Shown here piece after piece: positions 10,747 to 21,378 of a DNA stretch of 64,000 bases. Source of the DNA: Neoechinorhynchus agilis (lineage: Eukaryota > Animalia > Acanthocephala); the NCBI GenBank assembly GCA_051530055.1, contig CM121341.1:6674784-6738783 (forward strand), in the 5' to 3' direction. Made by a program: the position numbers and the translations under genes. Each line of letters starts with the position of its first letter. The stretch's first letter is position 1. Under the pieces are notes generated by a model. The model saw only the letters and a list, made by a program, of their open reading frames with translations, was not told where the DNA came from and did no database searches.

Positions 10747-12315
10747 TCATGCGTTCATCAGATCTTCGATCGCTCGTTGAAAATCGAGGGCTGATTCTAA
10801 GGCTTCACGGAGCCCAGCAATGTGCTTATGATTTAATATAGCCATTTGACGTAGAACTTCAACTTCATTTCTGGTTCTGGTTCTACCGTTCATTCGAGAA
10901 AACAAGTGCTCATTGATGTTAAGACGGGAACTGTCATAATACTCGTCACGGTTTCTTGAGTTTGTTCTAGGTTGCCTGATCGATTCGCGCATGACAGACG
11001 AGTTTTGCCGGCTATGTATCGGTGTTAGTTCACGTGATCGAGACCTACGGTTGGTACGGTTCGGAAAATGGTGACTGTCAAGGGAAGAGTTAGATGATTG
11101 GCACTGATCGCTTTCCGGCGGAGAGGCCTCGTTTGTAGAATCAGAAGCAGTGGATGGATTTAGGACGCGCCGGCTGGACTTTGGTGAAACAATGTATTTG
11201 CCTTTGGTTCTCTCTGTCATCGTACTCTGAATCACTTCAGACAATTTCTTCCCATTATTAAGGATACCATCAAAATGCTTTCGATCAGGAGATAAATAAG
11301 TCAGTTTGAATTCCTTATCTTCAGTCATCCGTTTGAAATTAGCTAAATCGTCTGGTTGAAAATGCAAACTATCCGTCCCAACTACTGCTATTGTCTGAGT
11401 ATAGTAATCTACGTCCTTCCAACGTTGATTCATTTTCTTTAAAGTATTTGTCTTAACTTTGGACTTTCCTCCAACATCCATGAAGTGAACCTGACAGAAA
11501 TCATCTTGCAATAAGCTGAGAACTTCAACTCGAAAGTAGACTCCATCATCGAATTCCAGAACGACGTCACCCGGCGCAACGGATCGACAGTTTTCCAGTT
11601 TCGAAATGTCTTCTTGTCCGAGAGCTAACAATTCGGATACATGTCCAGAAGCAGCAAACACAACTGCTTTTGGATCGTCTGCGTTAGTGATCAAAAACTT
11701 TCTGCCTTCGTCACTTCTATAAATTTTTCGGTGCTCGAAATCGGTGAACTTCTTGTGAGTTTCCAATGGTGGATTACGTTTACGTCTTGCATCATGACGT
11801 GATGATTTAGGAGATTCTTTGAGTCGGCAGTAACGCTCACTGGAGTTTAGTGAAGAATCGCATCTCTTTGCCTGACGTCTTAACTGCGGAGTAGATTCCT
11901 TTTTAATATCCGGACGGGGCGAGGTTACATCCCGAAATCCCGAATTCATTAGTGAATCATCCCAATTCTCACCTTCATCAACAACATTACTCACAATGTC
12001 GCTATCGTCACACCGACGTGAACGTTCACTGCCTCGATCATTTCGATTATTCCTTCGTTCATCCGGTTTCTTTGACAGTGACACAAAAATCTTAGTATTG
12101 AGGACAGTATGCGGATTTGCGTCCAGAGCTGCTTTCACATCTTCTGAATTTTTGAAAAGAATAAATGCGAATTTCCTGTTTCTATCTGCGCTCGTTTTCA
12201 CTGTGCAATCCTCAAGCTCGCCAAACTCACTGAAAACTTTATCCAGGTCCTGGCTTTCGCAATCGAGCGGTACTCGACGTACGAACAGCTTACGTTCGTT
12301 CAAGTCATCCGACAT
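10747..12315 (-). CDS. RRM + Tudor domain protein with Arg/Ser-rich regions (TDRD10-like architecture), 522 aa
   Basis: N-terminal RRM with RNP2 KLFVRRV and RNP1 RKFAFILF. Extended Tudor APGDVVLEFDDGVYFRVEV...VHFMDVGG. Candidate 5'UTR intron at 12318-12419. Confidence 0.85.
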   Translation of the reverse strand: MSDDLNERKLFVRRVPLDCESQDLDKVFSEFGELEDCTVKTSADRNRKFAFILFKNSEDVKAALDANPHTVLNTKIFVSLSKKPDERRNNRNDRGSERSRRCDDSDIVSNVVDEGENWDDSLMNSGFRDVTSPRPDIKKESTPQLRRQAKRCDSSLNSSERYCRLKESPKSSRHDARRKRNPPLETHKKFTDFEHRKIYRSDEGRKFLITNADDPKAVVFAASGHVSELLALGQEDISKLENCRSVAPGDVVLEFDDGVYFRVEVLSLLQDDFCQVHFMDVGGKSKVKTNTLKKMNQRWKDVDYYTQTIAVVGTDSLHFQPDDLANFKRMTEDKEFKLTYLSPDRKHFDGILNNGKKLSEVIQSTMTERTKGKYIVSPKSSRRVLNPSTASDSTNEASPPESDQCQSSNSSLDSHHFPNRTNRRSRSRELTPIHSRQNSSVMRESIRQPRTNSRNRDEYYDSSRLNINEHLFSRMNGRTRTRNEVEVLRQMAILNHKHIAGLREALESALDFQRAIEDLMNA

Positions 12316-12559
12316 ATCTACAATTAATTAAGATTGAGGCAAAAAAACGTAAAAGAGCGAACAAACCCGTATTTTTTGGTGAAAATACCCCCGGTCACCA
12401 AAATTATACTTTGACTTACCCGAAGGATTCTAGATCGATGATAAACCCGCACTTGATTCTCATAAAGAAATCAAAATTACATAGCCCGAAAAATTAAATG
12501 AAACTGCAACTCGGCGGATGACCAACGACAAATAATCCCAGAAAGGTCGATCGGACCAA

Positions 12560-14250
12560 ACATTGTTAACACGAAAGAAAGAGAATGCTTCCAATAATGA
12601 CGTATCAAGTAAAAGAATCAGAATTGAAACACTCAACCAATAGCAAAAAAACAAATAAGAAGCACGTTTAAAAAACCCAATATTACAAGAAAATCCGGAG
12701 AAAAAATTTGAACACGAAAGAAAGAGAATGCTTCCGATAATGACGTATCACGTAAAAGAATCAGAATTGAAACACTCAACCAATAATGACGTATCAAGTA
12801 AAAGAACCAGAATTGAAACACTCAACCAATAGCAAAAAAACAAATAAGAAGCACGTTTAAAAAACCCAATATTACAAGAAAATCCGGAGAAAAAATTTGA
12901 ACACGAAAGAAAGAGAATGCTTCCAATAATGACGTATCAAGTAAAAGAATCAGAATTGAAACACTCGACCAATAGCAAAAAAACAAATAAGAAGCACGTT
13001 TAAAAAACCCAATATTACAAAAATCCGGAGAAAAAATTTGAACACGAAAGAAAGAGAATGCTTCCAATAATGACGTATCAAGTAAAAGAATCAGAATTGA
13101 AAAACTCGACCAATAATGACGTATCAAGTAAAAGAACCAGAATTGAAACACTCAACCAATAGCAAAAAACAAATAAGAAGCACGTTTGAAAAACAAATGT
13201 GACCAGAAAAAACCGAAAAAAGAAAAAATTTGAACACGAAAGAAAGAGAATGCTTCCAATAATGACGTATCAAGTAAAAGAATCAGAATTGAAAAACTCG
13301 ACCAATAATGACGTATCAAGTAAAAGAACCAGAATTGAAACACTCAACCAATAGCAAAAAAACAAATAAGAAGCACGTTTAAAAAACCCAATATTACAAG
13401 AAAATCCGGAGAAAAAATTTGAACACGAAAGAAAGAGAATGCTTCCAATAATGACGTATCAAGTAAAAGAACCAGAATTGAAACACTCAACCAATAGCAA
13501 AAAAACAAATAAGAAGCACGTTTAAAAAACCCAATATTACAAGAAAATCCGGAGAAAAAATTTGAACACGAAAGAAAGAGAATGCTTCCAATAATGACGT
13601 ATCAAGTAAAAGAATCAGAATTGAAACACTCAACCAATAGCAAAAAAACAAATAAGAAGCACGTTTAAAAAACCCAATATTACAAGAAAATCCGAAGAAA
13701 AAATTTGAACACGAAAGAAAGAGAATGCTTCCGATAATGACGTATCAAGTAAAAGAATCAGAATTGAAACACTCGACCAATAATGACGTATCAAGTAAAA
13801 GAATCAGAATTGAAACACTCAACCAATAGCAAAAAAACAAATAAGAAGCACGTTTGAAAAACAAATGTGACCAGGAAAAAACCCAAAAAAGAAAAAATTT
13901 GAACACGAAAGAAAGAGGATGCTTCCGATAATGACGTATCAAGGAAAAGAATAAGCATTGAAAAACTCGATCGATCACAAAAAAATAAGAAACGCGTTCA
14001 AAAAACGAATATTATCAGATAAAAATCTGAAAAAGGCTGATCGAACCGAACATCTAAACAGGAAAAGAGAATGCGTCCAATAATGACGTAGTGAGTAAAA
14101 AAAGAGAGCAATCGATCACGATTTGAATAAAAAAACGTTCAAAAACCCACCAGGCCAGATTAAAAATCTGGAAAAAGATTTGATAGAACATTTGAATACA
14201 AAAGAAAGAGAACTCTTCCAGTAATGACGTGATAAGTAAAAAAAAGAGAG
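12560..14250. repeat. Tandem array, 143-bp unit with optional 46-bp internal duplication (189-bp variant), degenerating rightwards
   Basis: aacacgaaag recurs at 12568, 12711, 12900 and onward. The subunit ccaataatgacgtatcaagtaaaagaa(c/t)cagaattgaaacactc has 46-bp spacing (tgacg at 12741 and 12787). Confidence 0.95.
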
Positions 14251-14289
14251 CAATTGATCACAAATTTTTTTTTAAAAATAAATCTTTTT

Positions 14290-15690
14290 TATCATAAAAT
14301 AATAAAGTACAAAACTTGCAATCACCACCGTCCGCAAAATTGGAGCTTCGCTCCTTCCTCGGCTGTCGCTATCACGCTAGCAGCATTGCCTCGTTGTACT
14401 GTCGCCGGTCGTTTCTCTCAATTTCTTCGAGAGATCCTGGAGCAGAGTGCCAATCTGCCAAGCGCTCCAAACGTCTCTACTCCGAAGGAGACAAAATAAT
14501 GGGCCCTTGTTATTCTCTATGTTTCCGTACCTTCCTCCCTTCCGCTGTACCTCCAGGGATTTCGAGAGAGTAGGGAATGTTGCTTACGTGGCGTCCCACA
14601 GAAGGCATTTGCATTCCCGCCACGGAAAGACCGAAATTTCGACAAGATGGGCGGCTTCCAAGATGTTGGGAAAGTTCGCCGTTCTCAACGCCCGAGAAAT
14701 TGCGTTATTGATTTCAGAATGGCGTGAGAACCTTCCTGCTGACCAACTGCAGACGAGACCGTGTCGCCCGAAGGCATCAACCAAAGACCCACATCGACAG
14801 CGATGGGGCGTGCATATCGGGAGACCAAGTCTTAAGGATACTGCGATCCTCTTTACCTCATCAGTGAGAAGTGTTCCAACTGATGCCAGAGGAACAGCCT
14901 CCAACCACGCCCCAGATTCTCGTGTCGAAACTGCCAACAGTCTAGCTCGGACGACCCCACCGCGAGAACCTGAAAGTAGAGAGCTGCGAGCTCTCGCGAC
15001 GAGAGGTCTGTCCCAGATCGACTGTCTGAGGCCATTCACGGGAACATTGTTAAAGCCTGTCTGCTGGCAGCATTCTTCAACTACCACCACGAAGTCTTGG
15101 CCAAGACAAAACTTTCCCCTCAGAATTTTCTTCGCTATTGGATGACTCCTCTCATACGATCCAGGAAAGGCTGGCAAGGCAAGGTCTACTGGCGCCCGGA
15201 TGCCCAATCCCCCAAATGACACAGGCAATGAAGCTTGTCGCCACGCTTCATCTGGAAGCTGGACATTTAAAATTAGCTCGAGACAAGCCCTCACCTTGCC
15301 GTCGAGCCTAGCCAATCCTTCCTTATGTTTGAAAAATGTTGTTGTGCGGACCTTATATAACAATTTGGGGATAAAGAGTGCATCCTTTATCAGAAATAAC
15401 GCATCCTGAGCCGAGAGAGCGCTCATCCTATCGCACTGCAACGAAAGTTCCGGTATGATACGGCTGAGCTCAGCTTCCACATTTGAATCAAAGACGCAAC
15501 TACCCAGAAAGCTCGGTTGCTCTGGGGTCATGAGTTTCAGACCTGGAGCTACGGCCTCGGACCCATCCATTAGTTCTTTGACTTTGGCGGCGTCACCAAT
15601 ATTCAATACAAGGAGCTCACATTTTCCAGCATTGAGCTCAATGCCCATCTTCGAGGTCTCCCTAATCAGCGTCTCTAAATCATTTAAACA
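14290..15690 (-). mobile_element. 5'-truncated, decayed CRE-clade-like non-LTR retrotransposon (RT C-terminus, CCHC knuckle, RLE endonuclease)
   Basis: ASLPVSFGGLGIR, GAWLEAVP, LRLGLPICTPHRCRCGSLVDAFGRHGLVC...RFSRHSEINNAISRAL, PW..KCLLWDAT, then frameshifted FGVETFGALG...LSKKLRETTGD...RGNAAS. Confidence 0.85.
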
Positions 15691-15980
15691 AACAAAAAGC
15701 ACGTTCAAAAAATCTATCAGGCCAGATTAAAAATCTGGAAACGACTTGATAGGATATTTGAATACGAAAGAAAGATAATGCTTCCAGTAATGACGTAATA
15801 AGCAAAAAAAAGAGCAATCGATCACGAATTGAATTGCGACAAACGAAAAATTAACACATTCAAAAACCCACAAAAAAATCTGGAAACGACTTGATAAAAA
15901 ATTTGAATACGAAAGAAAGATAATGCTTCCAGTAATGACGTAATAAGCAAAAAAGAGAGCAATCGATCACGAATTGAATA
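15690..15980. repeat. Diverged units of the 143-bp satellite resuming after the CRE insertion
   Basis: gaatacgaaagaaagataatgcttccagtaatgacgtaataagcaaaaa...gagcaatcgatcacg occurs twice and matches the degenerate units at 14050-14250. Confidence 0.85.
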
Positions 15981-16889
15981 CTAATTCATAAAGTGTGGGA
16001 GAGATAAGTCGTACCAGACATTTGAGCTTGTCTACTTTCTAATCCTTGATCGATTCCATGAAATTTTACAGCATTTGTTTCCAGTGTCTGTTATCTCGCG
16101 ATGCCGAAGTAGAATTAGGTTCTGTTTGTAATTTGTCTGGTTGCAAGATTCGATCTATACAAGTTGATTAAATTGTGGTGAAACCGGAACAACGGGTTTT
16201 AATCAACTTGTAAGTTTGCTGCAAAACCGCACACAAAAAGCCACCACAATAACAATCGATACACGCCAACACGCATTTTACGTCATTTTCCCCATCTTTG
16301 TTTTTTCCTTTTTTTTCGATTGTTTTATTGCGGATACTTCAGCGGCACCTTTTTAATTCTTGTTTATCTGCGCAAAAGGGGAGGTTCTTTAAGCTCTTCC
16401 GTAAAACACGTTCAGAAATATTCTCCGACCAGATGAAAAATTCTGGAAAAGAATTGATAGAACATAGTCATTCGTGGACTTGGACTCATTGAAATGCACA
16501 ATTTGGGGCATGTTGCGAAGTCCTTAAAAAATATGAGTCTCCCAAACGCAGATATAGGGTTCAAGCTTATTAACAACATATTTTGGATAACCATCGAAGT
16601 TGAGCCAAAATTACACCTCAGTGCACTTATGCCTTCGATCTTTTCGTATTTAGGCATTATAAAAACAATTTGCGCAATCTTTTAGAAGCAAAAGTACGGT
16701 GAGTGTTTCGGCTCTGTCTAATTGCATTGAAAAGACAATCCCGATACTTGCGATCAATAATAACTTTTAATGATTGGTTTTAAAACGCCCATCTATCATG
16801 ATGCAGTCGAATTTAAAAGCCGATTTTACATGCATCTCTGACATTATACAATTGCTATTCATTTGTCGTATATAGAGGAATTTTGACTG

Positions 16890-17183
16890 TTAGTGAAAAT
16901 AATCCCGGTTAAAAATCATTTGATTGTAACAGGGGAGCGACGTGAGAGGATTTTCCTGATCCAAAGAATAAGCCTCGCAATCCAACGAGGAAATGCGGTC
17001 AGCGTCCGGGGGACGATTTAATCTAACATTGAAATAATGGTTCTTAAAAAAAATCAAAAAAATAGTTAAATATTTCGAAAAAGGAAACGTCGTTTCTTTA
17101 ATCATCTCAAAAATTTTGGTTATGGTTTTTTTTATCTTTTGTCTGATAGGCTCGAGTTCTAACCGGGTGATTATCTTCACCAC
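16890..17183. mobile_element. MITE with about 25-bp terminal inverted repeats
   Basis: Left end tagtgaaaataatcccggttaaaa; right end ttctaaccgggtgattatcttcaccac. The same TIR occurs singly at about 17835-17859 and 31236-31262. Confidence 0.65.
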
Positions 17184-17212
17184 TGGATTTTCTCGATATG
17201 AAATATTGGTTA

Positions 17213-17399
17213 GGAATTATTGTTCAGGTCTACACCCGCGGTAAATGATTATTTATTAAAGACGTTCTACGAACATCGTCGAGTTCATCATCAGTTTGTG
17301 TCTGTTACTAACAAACTGATGATGAACCCGACGAGGCTCCACTAACGTTTTTAATCGAAATAATCATTTACCGCGGGTGTAGACCTGAACAATAATTCC
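17213..17399. mobile_element. Hairpin (foldback) MITE
   Basis: About 42-bp perfect TIR ggaattattgttcaggtctacacccgcggtaaatgattattt, plus inner arms gttcatcatcagtttgt / acaaactgatgatgaac. Confidence 0.85.
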
Positions 17400-19012
17400 A
17401 TTGATTTTCGTTATGGGCGTGAGAAACCTCTAAGTGCGATTCGGATGCGTTTCTAATGATAGTTCACCCCACCCCGTGGTTCCTGCACTCAAATATTCTA
17501 ATTAAAAGCGCTTCTTTTTTTAGAGAAGATGACTGTAACCAATGATCGCACTAAGAAGGAGTCCGTACTCGAACGAATGTTCCCGAATGGTTGCGTTAAA
17601 GTTCGCTCCAAGTGTGATATTCGGTCTGACGTTCGTAAACTAAATGAGACTCGTTTGCGTGAAATTCGTCTTATTGCCTTCCATTATATTGGCCGCAGAG
17701 ATGTGCAAGGCCTCAAGAACAAGACGCCTTCTATGCGATAAAAATAATTCTCGTATAGTTAAAAGAAAAGCAACGGAGAAAAACCAACTAACTCAACAGA
17801 AGTTCACCTGAAGATATTTTACTTTACCTGATTTTTAACCGGGTGATTATCTTCACCACAAGTCAAAATTTAAAATCCCGATGGATTTTCTCGATATGAA
17901 TACAGAGTGGCGTTTGATACGTAATCAAAGTTGCATTTTATAAAGGGATACAAAACCTGGGTATACATGATGGGGCACCTTCAGGAACCCCCATGAAAAA
18001 GATGGGCATATGACCTAATCTTAGAAGCGAAATATGATTGGTTGTGATGGCGTAATAAAAAAAGCTCTCTCATTAGGCAGAGAGCGATGCTAATGTTGAC
18101 CGTGCTATTAAACAGCGCAGTTGGGCAAAATGTGTGTTTTCGACAAGTATTTGCCGAAAAAGTGATCCAAAATTGTAAAAAATGCTGAGTCTTATGACGT
18201 AAGCAAAGCTTTTGTGTTTCACTGGGTTCAAATCCTGGACATACATTTGGGGCTCTCTCTTGGTCATAACACCTAAGCTATGACGCGAAGAGGTGCATGT
18301 TGATTACGTCATTGAACGCTCTCTGAGGCTGGCAGAGAAGCTTGCGGTATTGGTTGCTGATTAAAACGTACGATGTTAAAAGTCATTGAACTTTGAAAGA
18401 GCTGGGTATAGACTGAACGGTCGTTCTGGTTGGCGATACAAAAATATCGGGTAAGAAATATTGAAAAAATAAACGGATTGAATGAGCGGCACCGATTATT
18501 GGATTAATGCTACTGCTAAAAACGAAAGTGGTCGATGTAGAACACCACACGAGTGGTTGGTTAAGTTGGGCGAGAATTATTGGCGGCAAATGCCAATTGA
18601 TGACGTAATGTGCACTTGAACTGTAATGATGGCAATGCTGAGTTGATAAAATTGTCTGACCTACGGGTTAGTTAAAAAGCCGGGCGTCTCATATAAATGG
18701 CGTGATTGCTGGTTGCTGTTTCGGGTTTGTCTCTTCTAATTAAGATGAAATCGCCATTGTGCTGTAATGTATTAACCAATAGTTGATTTTTCTTTGGAGC
18801 TTTGTTGATATTGGATATAATCACGTCACCGCTGACGGCGTTAGTCATTGGCCAATGATGGGTTTTAACCATCAAAATTACGTTCGTGTTAGTTGTTGTT
18901 GGACATAAGATCCGCAATAACTGGAAGAATTTTCGGGTCAGAATCGGAAGCGTTGCTATATTACAAATAAGTTAAAAGACGCCTTGACCTTACTGCTGAA
19001 GGATTTCAGATA

Positions 19013-20031
19013 ATGAAATCTCCGAATTCGATTATTATTTGTGAAGATGGTTCTCCTACATGCGCACGACTTTACGAGAGCAACGTCTTTCTGGGAACAA
19101 ACAAAGGTGGATTACTTGTGTACGATAGACATAGCAATCGTCTTCGAACTAAATTCTCGGTTCATGACTCTGTGTTACTAAGTATCGGTCTCATGGATAA
19201 CGACATCTACACTCTCGGCAAAGATTCTAAACTCAAACACTTGACTCTAAGAGACAATGGTCAGTCAATAGACGAGATTTCGTCGTTAAAAATCAATCAT
19301 CTTAGTTTCTCCAACATCGCCATTGACAAACGTCGCCAAATTATTTTCCTACCAGGCGAAAATTTGGGTTCAATTGAGTGTGTAGATTGCCGGTCATTTA
19401 AATCGGTAAAGACATTGAATAACGACGGCAGTGGTATGCTCATGAGAATAGTTTTAGCGAGTGACGGGTTGCTTTATTGGTCGAGAATATCTTGTGATTG
19501 TTATTCTCGGTCCTTTATGCTGGACATGAAAACGGAAACCTTAATGTTTTTGACACTTTTGGCTTTGGTTCACGCCCGCTGTACAAATATGAAGTGTTTC
19601 AAGGAACTCATGAATGCCATCCTTTATCAGCATTTGACTTAAATGCCAGTAAGAACCAAATTCTATGTGGAAGTTGTTCAAATTCGGCAAGCCTACGCTG
19701 CCTAAAATTCAATGAAATGATGGAATTAATAAACAATGAACAGGTTGTTGTTGGAGCATCGGCCAAAAAGTCCAGTGTCGCTTTTTTATTTAATTTGGAC
19801 GAATGGAGGTTCGTAGCTGGCTTCGTACGTCCACGAGGCGATGACAAAACTCCAGTGAATACCATTGCATGGTTCAAAGAAGAATATGACGGCGAAATTC
19901 AACAACAAAGCGGCACTTCCATGTTTCATAAAGGAAAGTGCAAACTCACTTGCGGCGATTATGATGGTCGTGCACTTGCTTGCGTTTCTTCGGATGGAGT
20001 TTTATCCTTGTGGAATATACAAGAAAGTTGA
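19013..20031 (+). CDS. GNB1L: WD40 protein, GNB1L/Asa1-like, split over two reading frames at about 19460-19510
   Basis: WD repeats; GMLMRI followed by LYAGHENGNLNVFD resembles GNB1L GMPMCL...LLAGYEDGSVVLWD; ends in SSDGVLSLWNI. Confidence 0.6.
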
Positions 20032-20271
20032 ATTATGTCTTCTGATTTATTTCTATACTTGGTTACTTTATATTCTTAAACATCTCTTCTACTTTTTTCT
20101 TATCGTCTACAAACCAATTTGATGTGTTTTAAACACTATGCTGGTTTCCTGGTCTCTTCTTGATAACTAAAATTAATCCGATTTGACTCATGCTACAGGT
20201 CAAAATCAATGTTAAAATGTAGGGATTTAATGCAACTAGTCCACGTGATTATTGATATTTTTGCACTTTCG

Positions 20272-21378
20272 TTAACACTCCTCTCCGCACATTTTCTGCA
20301 GATGATAGTGATCGTACTTACCACCGACAACATTCCTTAATCCTGTAGCTGAATTTTTCCAATCGATTTCAATTACACACGGTGCCATAAGGACCGGTTC
20401 TCCATCTACCTTCATCGGAAGTGCTTTCATTGTTGTTAGACAAGCTCGTCTACATTGAGCAAGCCGGTGACCTCTTTGGCCCGTCATAATATCAGCCATT
20501 TCTTCAATGGAGTAAGCAATTACTTCAATGAGACCGTCATCTGATCTATTGACAGCCCATTTTTCGTGATAGGGTATCAGTGAGAACTCTTTTCCAGATC
20601 CCCATGGCTTGCATCCACCAGCGTAGCTTTTTATATTTAGAAAGAGAATCGTATCTGGCTTTAGGTAATCTAACCGTTCCTTCATATTATTGCCGTCGCA
20701 CTCAAGTATTATAGTTTCGTCTAATGATTCATACGGCCCAGCCATTTTGTGCAAACATGATCCTAGGTATTGCTCAATGTATTGAAGCCGATTTGTAAAC
20801 CATGATGTATGCCTTCCATCATTATGGCGCTGTTGATGGAACCGAAGTGCCATGCCAGCGTCAGCTCCTACGCAAAGGTAATTGTTGAGAACTTCGTAAG
20901 GAAGTTTTTTATCTGCATCTACGTTCATTGTGTCTACTATGCCGGGCAATTGCGATACACTCACATTCCATCGGTCGATGTTAACAAGTTGACCGCAAAC
21001 TACGGATTTAACAAAGTCCCTTAGATAGGACTCGGTTATTGTCGCTCCGCCGTAGCCCCATTTTAAAAATCCAGCCATGTCGTTGCCAGTCCCAAGCGGA
21101 AGTACTGCAACGCAACTGCGGTCCAGACCGTCAACCTTGTCGAGAGCATAAAACATCCATGCAGCCGTTCCATCTCCACCAGCTGCGATAATTCTCAAGC
21201 TTGAATTTTTGCCAAGTAAGTTCTTTAAGATATCCTCGGGCCGATGCCCTTCAATTGTCTCTAAGGGGTATACGTTTTTCGTCCCAATTATTTCGCCTAA
21301 AAGTTTAAGCACTTTTTCGCCTTGCTGGCCACCGCTTTTCCGGTTCACGAAGGCTACAATCAAATATTTGTCTCTCAT
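20272..21378 (-). CDS. Diacylglycerol kinase, catalytic and accessory domains only, intronless
   Basis: FVNRKSGGQQG, IIAAGGDGTAAWM, LPLGTGNDMA, NIDRW, NNYLCVGADA, FLNIKSYAGG, DDGLIEVI, PMKVDGEP. The ORF is open up to 21501; the likely ATG is at 21378. Confidence 0.9.
   Translation of the reverse strand: MRDKYLIVAFVNRKSGGQQGEKVLKLLGEIIGTKNVYPLETIEGHRPEDILKNLLGKNSSLRIIAAGGDGTAAWMFYALDKVDGLDRSCVAVLPLGTGNDMAGFLKWGYGGATITESYLRDFVKSVVCGQLVNIDRWNVSVSQLPGIVDTMNVDADKKLPYEVLNNYLCVGADAGMALRFHQQRHNDGRHTSWFTNRLQYIEQYLGSCLHKMAGPYESLDETIILECDGNNMKERLDYLKPDTILFLNIKSYAGGCKPWGSGKEFSLIPYHEKWAVNRSDDGLIEVIAYSIEEMADIMTGQRGHRLAQCRRACLTTMKALPMKVDGEPVLMAPCVIEIDWKNSATGLRNVVGGKYDHYHLQKMCGEEC

Noticed and set aside
11996-12331. 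Plus-strand 111-aa ORF; also the 232-aa ORF at 14447-15145
   Set aside because: These are antisense to the RRM domain and to the CRE ORF respectively.
12460-13978. Repeated hydrophobic minus-strand ORFs (MFQFWFFYLIRHYW...)
   Set aside because: They are translations of the satellite, start at TTG, and are broken by homopolymer length changes.
17930-18990. Mixed-composition region with several TGACGTAA-like motifs and short ORFs
   Set aside because: No coherent coding or structural pattern could be supported.
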